64,000 nucleotides of DNA from an uncultured Flavobacteriales bacterium (GTDB lineage: Bacteria; Bacteroidota; Bacteroidia; Flavobacteriales_F; PHOS-HE28): assembly GCA_937872175.1 (NCBI GenBank), contig CALMPI010000009.1, forward strand, positions 198,343 to 262,342. Reading direction: 5' to 3'. The stretch's first letter is position 1, and every line of letters starts with the position of its first letter. Both the position numbers and the translations under genes were made by a program. Shown here piece after piece: positions 12,996 through 23,692 of the stretch. The notes below the pieces were generated by a model. The model ran no database searches, had not been told where the DNA came from, and saw only the letters and a list, made by a program, of their open reading frames with translations.

Positions 12996-13556
12996 TTATT
13001 TCTTGTCGGCGAACGGGAACCCGAACTCGCGCAGAAGGGCCTTGGCCTCGGCGTCGGTGCGGGCGGTGGTCACGAACGTGATGTCCATGCCGCGGATCTT
13101 GGCCACCTTGTCGATGTCGATCTCCGGAAAGATGATCTGCTCCTTCACTCCGAAGGTGAAGTTGCCGCGTCCGTCGAATCCCTTGGCGGGCACGCCACGG
13201 AAGTCGCGGGTGCGGGGAAGGGCCACGGCGATGAGGCGGTCCAAGAACTCGTACATCTTGTCGCCGCGCAGGGTGACGCGGGCGCCGATGGGCATGCCGC
13301 GGCGCAGCTTGAAGTTGCTGATGTCCTTCTTGGAGACGGTGGGCACGGCCTTCTGGCCGCTGATGGTGGTCATCTCCACCACGGCGTTGTCCACGATCTT
13401 CTTGTCGCCGACCGCATCGCCCAGGCCCTGGTTGAGGTTGATCTTCACCAGGCGGGGCACCTGCATGGAGCTCTTGTAATTGAACTCCTTCTGCAGGGCG
13501 GGGGCCACCTCCTTGACGTACTTGGCTTTGAGCCGGGGGCTGTAGGTGCTCATCAC
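12996..13556 (-). CDS. rplE: 50S ribosomal protein L5
   Basis: 186 aa with L5 N- and C-domains ([19 protein letters not shown]...). Confidence 0.95.
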   Translation of the reverse strand: MMSTYSPRLKAKYVKEVAPALQKEFNYKSSMQVPRLVKINLNQGLGDAVGDKKIVDNAVVEMTTISGQKAVPTVSKKDISNFKLRRGMPIGARVTLRGDKMYEFLDRLIAVALPRTRDFRGVPAKGFDGRGNFTFGVKEQIIFPEIDIDKVAKIRGMDITFVTTARTDAEAKALLREFGFPFADKK

Positions 13557-13876
13557 TTGGCGGCTGATCTCTTGGTCTTCACGTAGCGTTCCAGCTTGCC
13601 CTCCTTGGTGAGGCGGCGCCCCACGCGGCCGGGCAGGCCGCTCTTGGCGTCGATCAGCATGAGGTTGCTCAGGTGGATCGGGCCCTCCTTGTCCACGATG
13701 CCGCCCTGGGGGTTGGCGGTGGTGGGCTTGGAGTGCTTCTTATTGATGTTGAGGCCTTCCACGAGGGCGGCGTTGCGTTCGCGCATCACTTCCAGCACGC
13801 GGCCTTCCTTGCCGCGGTCCTCGCCGGCGATCACCTTCACCAGGTCGCCTTTCTTGATGTGTGTCTTCTTCTGCAT
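13553..13876 (-). CDS. rplX: 50S ribosomal protein L24
   Basis: KOW motif [24 protein letters not shown]. Confidence 0.95.
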   Translation of the reverse strand: MQKKTHIKKGDLVKVIAGEDRGKEGRVLEVMRERNAALVEGLNINKKHSKPTTANPQGGIVDKEGPIHLSNLMLIDAKSGLPGRVGRRLTKEGKLERYVKTKRSAAK

Positions 13877-13889
13877 GGCGCGGTGTGGG

Positions 13890-14258
13890 TCAGAGCACCT
13901 CGGGTGCCAGGGAGATGATCTTCATGAACTTCTTCTCGCGCAGTTCCTTGGCCACGGGGCCGAAGATGCGGGTGCCCTTCATCTCGCCGGCGGCGTCCAG
14001 CAGCACCACCGCATTGTCGTCGAAGCGGATGTAGCTGCCGTCCTTGCGGCGCAGTTCCTTGCGGGTGCGCACCACCACCGCTTTGTGCACGGTGCCCTTC
14101 TTGGCGCTGCCGTTGGGCATGGCGTCCTTGATGGACACCACGACGGTGTCACCGATGCGCGCATAGCGGCGGGCCGTGCCGCCGAGCACACGGATCACGA
14201 GCACCTCCTTGGCGCCGCTGTTGTCGGCCACGTTGAGCCTGGATTCCTGTTGGATCAT
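13890..14258 (-). CDS. rplN: 50S ribosomal protein L14
   Basis: [27 protein letters not shown]. Confidence 0.95.
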   Translation of the reverse strand: MIQQESRLNVADNSGAKEVLVIRVLGGTARRYARIGDTVVVSIKDAMPNGSAKKGTVHKAVVVRTRKELRRKDGSYIRFDDNAVVLLDAAGEMKGTRIFGPVAKELREKKFMKIISLAPEVL

Positions 14259-14270
14259 CGTTCGGGTGCG

Positions 14271-14525
14271 TTACTTGGCGCGTTCGACCACCTCCACCAC
14301 GCGCCAGCACTTGTTCTTGCTGATGGGGCGGGTCTCCATGATGCGCACGGTGTCACCGATGTGGGCCTCCTGCTTCTCGTCGTGCGCCATGAACTTGCTG
14401 CTGCGCTTGACGAACTTGCCGTACTTGGGGTGCATCACGCGGCGCTCGACGGTCACCACCACGCTCTTGTCCATCTTGTCGCTGGTGACGATGCCGATGC
14501 GTTCCTTCCTGAGGTTGCGTTCCAT
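14271..14525 (-). CDS. rpsQ: 30S ribosomal protein S17
   Basis: 84 aa; [31 protein letters not shown]. Confidence 0.95.
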   Translation of the reverse strand: MERNLRKERIGIVTSDKMDKSVVVTVERRVMHPKYGKFVKRSSKFMAHDEKQEAHIGDTVRIMETRPISKNKCWRVVEVVERAK

Positions 14526-14528
14526 GGC

Positions 14529-14738
14529 TTAGTTCGATTTGGCGTTCAGTTCGCGGGCGCGCAGCTCGGTGAGCACGCGGGCCACTTCGCGGCGGCGGCT
14601 GCGCAGGAGCATGGGGTTCTCCACGGGGCTCACGGCGTGGTCGAAGCGGAGCTTGGCCAGTGCGCTGCGTTCCTCCTGCAGCTTGTCCTGCAGTTCCTGG
14701 ACGGTAAGGTCCCTGAGGGTGGTGCCTTTCTTCTTCAT
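14529..14738 (-). CDS. rpmC: 50S ribosomal protein L29
   Basis: An internal Met (MKKKGTTLRDLTVQELQDKLQEERSALAKLRF...) was chosen. The upstream 52 aa of the track ORF overlap rplP and are Arg-rich. Confidence 0.9.
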   Translation of the reverse strand: MKKKGTTLRDLTVQELQDKLQEERSALAKLRFDHAVSPVENPMLLRSRRREVARVLTELRARELNAKSN

Positions 14739-14746
14739 GGCTTCGC

Positions 14747-15169
14747 TTATTGGCCGTCGTAGTCCTCGCGCACGACGAACTTGGTCTTGATGGGCAGCTT
14801 CTGGGCCGCCAGGCGCAGGGCCTCCTTGGCGGTGGCCATCGGCACACCGTCGGCCTCGAAGATGATGCGTCCGGCGTGCACCACGGCCACCCAATGGTCC
14901 AGGGCGCCTTTGCCCTTACCCATGCGCACCTCGGCGGGCTTGGCGGTCACGGGCTTGTCCGGGAACACCTTGATCCACACCTGGCCTTCGCGCTTCATGT
15001 GGCGGGTGAGGGCCACACGGGCGGCCTCGATCTGGCGGCTGGTGAGCCACACGCTTTCCATGGCCTTCAGGCCGAAGGAGCCCAGGCTCACGCGGTGTCC
15101 GCGCTGGGCCACGCCCTTCATGCGGCCCTTGTGCATATTGCGGCGCTTGCTGCGCTTCGGTTGCAACAT
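14747..15169 (-). CDS. rplP: 50S ribosomal protein L16
   Basis: [24 protein letters not shown]... Confidence 0.95.
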   Translation of the reverse strand: MLQPKRSKRRNMHKGRMKGVAQRGHRVSLGSFGLKAMESVWLTSRQIEAARVALTRHMKREGQVWIKVFPDKPVTAKPAEVRMGKGKGALDHWVAVVHAGRIIFEADGVPMATAKEALRLAAQKLPIKTKFVVREDYDGQ

Positions 15170-15174
15170 GGCGA

Positions 15175-15963
15175 TCAGTTGTTACTGCGGTTACCTCCTC
15201 CACGACGCTCTCCACCCGGCCGGCGGTCACCACCGCCACCGCGACGCTCACCGCCACCGCGGCGTTCGCCCATGGGCCGCGGACCGCCCGGGCCCTTGGC
15301 GCCCTTCTGCTGGCCCACGTTGGGGCTCAGGTCGCGCTTGCCGAAGACCTCACCACGGCAGATCCAGCACTTCACCCCGATGCGACCCATCTTGGTGTGC
15401 GCCTCGCTGATGGCGAAGTCGATGTCGGCGCGCAGGGTGTGCAGGGGCACACGGCCCTCGCGGTAGCTCTCGGTGCGCGCGATCTCGGCCCCGTTGAGGC
15501 GGCCGGCGACGGTGAGCTTGATGCCCTCGGCGCCCATGCGCATGGTGCTGGCCACGGCCATCTTCATGGCGCGGCGGAAGCTGATGCGGCCTTCAAGCTG
15601 GCGGGCGATGCTGTCGGCCACGAGCTTGGCGTCGAGCTCCGGGCGCTTGATCTCGAAGATGTTGAGCTGGACGTCCTTGCCGGTGAACTTCTTGAGCTCC
15701 TCGCGCAGCTTGTCCACCTCGGCGCCGCCCTTGCCGATGATCACGCCGGGGCGGGCGGTGTTGATGGTGACGGTGACGAGCTTCAGGGTGCGCTCGATGA
15801 TGATCTTGCTGACACTGGCCTTCTTCAGGCGGGTGATGAGGTACTGGCGGATGCGCTCGTCCTCGACGATCTTGTCGACGTAGTTGTCGCCGCCGTACCA
15901 ATTGCTGTCCCAGCCCTTGATGTAGCCGAGGCGGGAGCCGGTCGGGTGTGCTTTCTGTCCCAT
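15175..15963 (-). CDS. rpsC: 30S ribosomal protein S3 with a roughly 45-aa Gly/Arg-rich (RGG-type) C-terminal tail
   Basis: KH and S3-C domains are present ([24 protein letters not shown]...). The tail reads [31 protein letters not shown]. Confidence 0.93.
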   Translation of the reverse strand: MGQKAHPTGSRLGYIKGWDSNWYGGDNYVDKIVEDERIRQYLITRLKKASVSKIIIERTLKLVTVTINTARPGVIIGKGGAEVDKLREELKKFTGKDVQLNIFEIKRPELDAKLVADSIARQLEGRISFRRAMKMAVASTMRMGAEGIKLTVAGRLNGAEIARTESYREGRVPLHTLRADIDFAISEAHTKMGRIGVKCWICRGEVFGKRDLSPNVGQQKGAKGPGGPRPMGERRGGGERRGGGGDRRPGGERRGGGNRSNN

Positions 15964-15980
15964 GGTCCGAGGGTACGGTC

Positions 15981-16379
15981 TTAGTTGTTGGCGGTGTCGA
16001 CGATGAGCGTGACGTGGTTCGAGCGCTTCTTCATGCGGTAGGCACGTCCCTGCGGGGCGGGCAGCATGCGCTTCAGGCCACGGGCCTCGTCCACCATGAT
16101 GCTGCGCACGATCAGCCCGGCCTCGTCGGCGCGCTGACCCTCGTGCTTGGCCTCCCAGTTGGCGATGGCGCTCCGCAGCAGCTTGTACATCGGCTTGCTG
16201 GCATGGCGGGTGCTGAACTGCAGGATGCTCAGCGCCTTTTCCACGCCGAGGCCGCGGATGTTGTCGGCCACCTGGCGCATGCGGCGGGGGCTGGTGGGCA
16301 CGTTCCGCAGGCGGGCGATGGCCACTTCCTTCATGGCCTCCTTGCGCTTATCGGCGCTCAGTTTCTTACGCTGTCCCAT
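15981..16379 (-). CDS. rplV: 50S ribosomal protein L22
   Basis: 132 aa, [29 protein letters not shown]. Confidence 0.93.
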   Translation of the reverse strand: MGQRKKLSADKRKEAMKEVAIARLRNVPTSPRRMRQVADNIRGLGVEKALSILQFSTRHASKPMYKLLRSAIANWEAKHEGQRADEAGLIVRSIMVDEARGLKRMLPAPQGRAYRMKKRSNHVTLIVDTANN

Positions 16380-16385
16380 GGGCTA

Positions 16386-16655
16386 TCACTGCTTCTTGTT
16401 GCCGGAGTGGCCGCGGAACGTGCGGGTGGGGGCGAACTCGCCCAGCTTGTGGCCCACCATGTTCTCGGTCACGTACACGGGGATGAACTTGTTGCCGTTG
16501 TGCACCGCGAGCGTCAGGCCGACGAACTCGGGGGTGATGGTGCTGGCGCGCGACCAGGTCTTCAGCACGGCCTTCTTGCCGGACTTCTGCATGTCGGTGA
16601 CGCGCTTCGCCAGTTTGTAGTGGACGAACGGCGGTTTCTTGAGGGAGCGGCTCAT
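16386..16655 (-). CDS. rpsS: 30S ribosomal protein S19
   Basis: [19 protein letters not shown]... Confidence 0.95.
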   Translation of the reverse strand: MSRSLKKPPFVHYKLAKRVTDMQKSGKKAVLKTWSRASTITPEFVGLTLAVHNGNKFIPVYVTENMVGHKLGEFAPTRTFRGHSGNKKQ

Positions 16656-16664
16656 GACTGGCTA

Positions 16665-17504
16665 TCAGATCGAGGCGGCCTTGCTGTTGCGGCGCGCGAT
16701 GATGAACTTGCTCGTGGTGCGCTTGGGGTGGCGCGTCTTCTTGCCCTTGGCCAGCAGGCCCTTGCGGCTGCGGGGGTGACCGCCGGAGGCACGACCCTCC
16801 CCACCACCCATGGGGTGGTCCACCGGGTTCATGGCCACCGCACGGGTGCGGGGACGCCGGCCCTGCCAGCGGCTTCGACCGGCCTTGCCGCTCTTCTGCA
16901 GCATGTGTTCGGCGTTGCTCACGGTGCCCACGGTGGCCAGGCAATCGCAGAGCACCATGCGGAGCTCGCCGCTGGGCATCTTCAAGGTGGCGTAGCGGCC
17001 CTCACGCGCGCTCAGCTGGGCGAAGGTGCCGGCGCTGCGCGCCAGTGCACCGCCCTTGCCGGGCTGCAGTTCCACGTTGTGCACAAGGGTGCCCAGCGGG
17101 ATCTCGGCCAGGGGCAGGGTGTTGCCCACTTCGGGGGCCACGCCCTTGCCGCTCAGCACCTGCTGGCCCACCTTCAGGCCGGTGGGGGCGAGCATGTACC
17201 GCTTCTCGCCATCGGCGTAGACCAGCAGGGCGATGCGGGCGCTGCGGTTGGGGTCGTACTCGATGGTGCGCACCGTGGCGGGGATGCCGTGCTTGTTGCG
17301 CTTGAGGTCGACCGTGCGGAAACGCTGCTTGTGACCGCCGCCGATGTAGCGCATGGTCATCTTGCCCTGATTGTTGCGGCCGCCGCTCTTGTTGCGGCCC
17401 GTGGTCAGGCTGGGCTCGGGAACGTTCGTGGTGACGCCCTCGAAATCGGTGATCACCCGGTGGCGGGTGCCGGGGGTGACGGGGTTCAGCTTGCGGATGC
17501 CCAT
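16665..17504 (-). CDS. rplB: 50S ribosomal protein L2
   Basis: 279 aa, [23 protein letters not shown].... Confidence 0.95.
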   Translation of the reverse strand: MGIRKLNPVTPGTRHRVITDFEGVTTNVPEPSLTTGRNKSGGRNNQGKMTMRYIGGGHKQRFRTVDLKRNKHGIPATVRTIEYDPNRSARIALLVYADGEKRYMLAPTGLKVGQQVLSGKGVAPEVGNTLPLAEIPLGTLVHNVELQPGKGGALARSAGTFAQLSAREGRYATLKMPSGELRMVLCDCLATVGTVSNAEHMLQKSGKAGRSRWQGRRPRTRAVAMNPVDHPMGGGEGRASGGHPRSRKGLLAKGKKTRHPKRTTSKFIIARRNSKAASI

Positions 17505-17525
17505 GGGTCGTTCGGTGCTGCGGGA

Positions 17526-17819
17526 TCAGATGCTGCTGTACAGGTCGATGGTCTCGCCGGCCTTGAGGGTGACGATGGCCTTCTTGTAGGAGGCGCTGGA
17601 CCCGCGCAGGATGTTGGTCTTGGTGTAGCGGGTGCGGTGCTTGCCGCGCACGATCATGGTGCGCACGCTGTCCACCTCCACGCCGTATTGCTTTTTCACC
17701 GCGTCGCGGATCTGGAGCTTGTTGCTGTCGCGGGCCACCACGAAGCCGTAGCGGTTCTCCTTCTCGCCTTGGGCGGTCATCTTCTCCGTGATGATCGGTC
17801 GGATGAGGATCTGGCTCAT
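17526..17819 (-). CDS. rplW: 50S ribosomal protein L23
   Basis: MSQILIRPIITEKMTAQGEKENRYGFVV. Confidence 0.93.
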   Translation of the reverse strand: MSQILIRPIITEKMTAQGEKENRYGFVVARDSNKLQIRDAVKKQYGVEVDSVRTMIVRGKHRTRYTKTNILRGSSASYKKAIVTLKAGETIDLYSSI

Positions 17820-17822
17820 GGC

Positions 17823-18452
17823 TTACTTGGTGAGGGTGGCCTCCAGGGCGGCGATCGCGTCCTTCACGATCAGCACCTTGTTGGCGTTCATGATGTCGTA
17901 GGTGTTCACCTCGCTGGCGGTGACCACGCGGGCGCCCTGGATGTTGCGCGCGCTGAGCAGCACGTTCTCGTCCTTGGTGGGCAGCACCACGAGGGCCTTG
18001 CGGTCGTTGAGGCTGAAGGCCTTGAGCATGCCGGCGAAGGCGCTGGTCTTGGGGGCCTTGATGCCGGTGCCGTCGAGCACGGCGATGGCGCCGTCCTTGG
18101 CCTTGTAGGTGAGGGCGCTGCGACGGGCAAGGTCCTTCACCTTCTTGTTGAGCTTGAAGGAATAGTCGCGCGGTTTGGGGCCGAACACCCGGGCGCCGCC
18201 CTTGAACAGCGGGCTCTTGATGGAGCCCTTGCGGCTGCCGCCGGTGCCCTTCTGGCGGTGCAGCTTCTTGGTGCTGCCGCTCACCTCGCTCTTCTCCAAG
18301 GTCTTGTGGGTGCCCTGGCGCTTGTTCGCCAGGTGCTGCTTCACGTCCAGCCAGATGGCGTGGTCGTTGGGCTCCACGGCGAAGACCGCGTCGTTGAGCT
18401 TGGCCTTCTTGCCGGTGGCCTTGCCGTCGGTGCTGTAGATCTCGAGCTCCAT
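17823..18452 (-). CDS. rplD: 50S ribosomal protein L4
   Basis: 209 aa, LHRQKGTGGSRKGSIKSPLFKGGARVFGPKPRDY. Confidence 0.93.
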   Translation of the reverse strand: MELEIYSTDGKATGKKAKLNDAVFAVEPNDHAIWLDVKQHLANKRQGTHKTLEKSEVSGSTKKLHRQKGTGGSRKGSIKSPLFKGGARVFGPKPRDYSFKLNKKVKDLARRSALTYKAKDGAIAVLDGTGIKAPKTSAFAGMLKAFSLNDRKALVVLPTKDENVLLSARNIQGARVVTASEVNTYDIMNANKVLIVKDAIAALEATLTK

Positions 18453-18453
18453 C

Positions 18454-19071
18454 TTACTTCCAGATGATCACCATGCTGCCCTTGGCACCGGGGATGGCGC
18501 CACGCAGCACGAGGAGGTTCTTGTCCTTGTCGATCTTCACCACCTTGAGGTTCTCGGTGGTGTACTGCTCACCGCCCTTGCGGCCGGCCATGCGCAGTCC
18601 CTTGAACACGCGGGCGGGGTAGGAGCTTCCACCCAGCGAACCCGGGGCGCGGCTGCGGTCGTGCTGACCGTGAGTGGTCTCGCCCACGCCGTTGAAGCCG
18701 TGGCGCTTCACCACCCCTTGGAAGCCCTTGCCCTTGCTCTTGCCCGTCACGCTCACGAAGGTGCCTTCCTCGAAGAGGTCGACGCCGACGGTGTCGCCGA
18801 GCTTGAGGTCCTGCTCGAACTCCTTGAACTCGTGGGCTTTCACCTTGGGAGTGGTGCCGGCCTTCTTGTAGTGGCCGCTCAGGGCCTTGGTGGCGTTCTT
18901 CTCGCCGCGCTCACCGTAGGCGAGCTGCACGGCCTCATAGCCGTCCTTCTCGGTGGTCCGCACCTGGGTCACCACGCAGGGACCTGCCTCGATCACGGTG
19001 CAGCCCACGAGCTGCCCGTCCGTGTCGTACAGGCTGGTCATTCCGATCTTCTTGCCGATCAAGCCGCTCAT
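18454..19071 (-). CDS. rplC: 50S ribosomal protein L3
   Basis: [37 protein letters not shown]. Confidence 0.95.
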   Translation of the reverse strand: MSGLIGKKIGMTSLYDTDGQLVGCTVIEAGPCVVTQVRTTEKDGYEAVQLAYGERGEKNATKALSGHYKKAGTTPKVKAHEFKEFEQDLKLGDTVGVDLFEEGTFVSVTGKSKGKGFQGVVKRHGFNGVGETTHGQHDRSRAPGSLGGSSYPARVFKGLRMAGRKGGEQYTTENLKVVKIDKDKNLLVLRGAIPGAKGSMVIIWK

Positions 19072-19091
19072 TGTGCAGTTCGTTTACTCGG

Positions 19092-19397
19092 TCAGACCTT
19101 GATCTCCACGTCCACGCCGCTGGGGAGCTCCAGTTTCATCAGGGCATCGATCGTCTTGCTCGACGAGCTGTAGATGTCCATCAGGCGCTTGTAGCTGCAG
19201 AGCTGGAACTGTTCGCGGGCCTTCTTGTTGACGTGCGGGCTGCGCAGCACGGTGAAGATGCGCTTGTGGGTGGGCAGGGGGATGGGACCGCTCACCACGG
19301 CGCCCGTGCTCTTCACGGTCTTCACGATCTTCTCGGCGCTCTTGTCGACGAGGTTGTGATCGTAGGACCTCAGCTTGATGCGGATCTTTTGGGTCAT
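19092..19397 (-). CDS. rpsJ: 30S ribosomal protein S10
   Basis: An internal Met ([25 protein letters not shown]) was chosen. The 11-aa upstream extension in the track would overlap fusA. Confidence 0.92.
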   Translation of the reverse strand: MTQKIRIKLRSYDHNLVDKSAEKIVKTVKSTGAVVSGPIPLPTHKRIFTVLRSPHVNKKAREQFQLCSYKRLMDIYSSSSKTIDALMKLELPSGVDVEIKV

Positions 19398-19410
19398 CGC
19401 AGTTGGGGGG

Positions 19411-21516
<2,106 letters not shown>

Positions 21517-21534
21517 GTGGCTGTGCTCGTTGGC

Positions 21535-22005
21535 TTAGAAGCGGAAGTGGCTGAAGGCCTTGTTCGCTTCGGCCATTTTGTGGACTTCTTCTTTCTTTTT
21601 GAACGCGGCGCCCTCCTCCTTGCTGGCTGCGAGGATCTCGTTGGCGAGCTTCTGGGCCATGCTGCGCTCATTGCGGCCGCGGCTGTAGCCGATGAGCCAC
21701 TTCATGGCCAGGCTGCGCTTGCGGTCGTCGCGCACCGGCTGGGGGATCTGGAAGTTGGCACCGCCCACCCGGCGCGTGCGCACCTCCACCTGGGGGGTCA
21801 CGTTCTGCAGGGCCTTGCGCCACACCTCCAGGCCGTCCTCTCCGCTCTTCTCACCCACGATGTCGATCGCGTTGTAGAAGATGTCGAAGGCCTTGTTCTT
21901 CTTCCCCGAGTACATCAGGTTGTTCACGAACTTGGTCACCAACACATCGCCGAACTTGGGGTCGGGCAGGGTGGTGACGTACCGGTTGGTCGTGGTCTTG
22001 CGCAT
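21535..22005 (-). CDS. rpsG: 30S ribosomal protein S7
   Basis: 156 aa, LPDPKFGDVLVTKFVNNLMYSGKKNKA. Confidence 0.95.
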   Translation of the reverse strand: MRKTTTNRYVTTLPDPKFGDVLVTKFVNNLMYSGKKNKAFDIFYNAIDIVGEKSGEDGLEVWRKALQNVTPQVEVRTRRVGGANFQIPQPVRDDRKRSLAMKWLIGYSRGRNERSMAQKLANEILAASKEEGAAFKKKEEVHKMAEANKAFSHFRF

Positions 22006-22011
22006 GACAGC

Positions 22012-22410
<399 letters not shown>

Positions 22411-22696
22411 CGGCTCGTTTTCTCTTGTCTTTCAGTTGTTTCCGCCCAGTTTGGGCGCGAAAAACGGGCTGCAAAGGTAGATATCCCGGCCTTTCAACCA
22501 ACTCCTGTTGAAGGAATTTTCCGCACGGGGCCCGGGTCGGTACCCCTCACAGGCGCCGGACCCATCGGGTGGATTGTTTATAACTAGCTGAAAGACAGGG
22601 TATAGTACGCGGTCGGCGTTGGGCCGGTCCTTCTCTTCCCGGGGCCTCCGCGCGGGTCGTCGGCCGGTGCCGTTCGTTGTGTTCGTTTAGCTTTGT
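22411..22696. promoter_or_regulatory. Divergent non-coding region containing the str-operon (rpsL) promoter/leader and the Fic-gene promoter; there is a relatively AT-rich patch at about 22575-22610 and a TAnnTTTG-like element (tagctttg) at about 22688-22695
   Basis: 286-nt gap between genes that start in opposite directions. It is the only low-GC patch (ttataactagctgaaagacagggtatagtac). The call rests on motif resemblance only. Confidence 0.3.
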
Positions 22697-23686
22697 ATGG
22701 TATCAAATGATCTTATCGTGATCTCATCCGCTTACACCTTTTACACCTTCCACAGCCGGATGCTGAACCTGCTGACGACCATCCACCACCGGCTGGGCGA
22801 AGTACAGGCCCGGCACCTGCACACTCCGCTTCCCGAGCTGTCCAAGGCCTACCGGGTCAGCGCCGTGCATGCCATGTTGGGCTTGGAGGGCAGCGTGCTG
22901 GACCCGCTCCCCGTGGCGGAGCTGGTGAGCCGACCGTTGGATGGTCAGGACCAGTCCGCCTTGGAGGTGGTGAACACCCACCGGGCGTTGGACCTTCTGC
23001 CAACGCTGGACCCGCACGCGATCGGCGACCTCAGGCAGGCGCACGGTGTGCTGATGCATGGCCTGGCCCTCGATGCCGGGCAGTTCCGCACGGGCCCCAT
23101 GGATGTGCTGTACGGCGATCCCCCCCCCTTGCGCAGAGCTCCGGCGGACGACCTTCCCGTTCAGGTGGCGGAGCTGCTGCACATCGTGGAGAACGACGAC
23201 ACCCCTCCGGTGATCGTAAGCTGCATGTTGCACTTCGCCTTGGTGTACCTGCGCCCCTTCAGCGCGGGGAACGGTCGTCTGGCGCGGCTGTGGCAGCGAC
23301 GGGTGCTCATGCGTCATTGGCCCGTCTTCGCCTATCTGCCCGTGGAGGCCTTCATCCACCGCACGCAGCCGGCCTACTATGCGGCGTTGGAGTATGCGGA
23401 CCGCCAGGGTGATTGCGGCGGTTTCATCGCGTACATGCTGGAACGCATCGATGAGGCCCTGGCCGAGCTGCTGGCCATGCCTGATCCCGTACGCGGCGGG
23501 TCCGAGCGGGTGGCCATCTTCCTGCAACAGGTGCCCGCGAGGTGGTTCCATCGGAAGGACTACCGGTCGCGGTTCCCCGAGCTCAGCACGGCCACGGCCA
23601 GTCGCGATCTGCGCGAAGCGGTGGTCCAGGGGCGGTTGGTGCGGAACGGCGACGGCCGCAATGCCCGCTACAGGGAGGCCGGTTGA
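22697..23686 (+). CDS. Fic/DOC family protein with a C-terminal winged-helix domain; the active-site motif is degenerate (RPFSAGNGR instead of HPFx[DE]GNGR)
   Basis: Fic-fold core (…VIVSCMLHFALVYLRPFSAGNGRLARLWQ…). The catalytic His is replaced by Arg and the acidic residue by Ala. The C-terminal wHTH-like region is …SRFPELSTATASRDLREAVVQGRLVRNGDGRNARY. An alternative start is at Met22 (about 22760). Confidence 0.75.
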   Translation: MVSNDLIVISSAYTFYTFHSRMLNLLTTIHHRLGEVQARHLHTPLPELSKAYRVSAVHAMLGLEGSVLDPLPVAELVSRPLDGQDQSALEVVNTHRALDLLPTLDPHAIGDLRQAHGVLMHGLALDAGQFRTGPMDVLYGDPPPLRRAPADDLPVQVAELLHIVENDDTPPVIVSCMLHFALVYLRPFSAGNGRLARLWQRRVLMRHWPVFAYLPVEAFIHRTQPAYYAALEYADRQGDCGGFIAYMLERIDEALAELLAMPDPVRGGSERVAIFLQQVPARWFHRKDYRSRFPELSTATASRDLREAVVQGRLVRNGDGRNARYREAG

Positions 23687-23692
23687 CCGGCA

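Noticed and set aside
22411-22696. Looked for a tRNA or small RNA in the 286-nt gap upstream of rpsL
   Set aside because: No cloverleaf-compatible segments or conserved T-loop (GTTCRANYC) sequence were found. The gap was interpreted as a divergent promoter/leader only.
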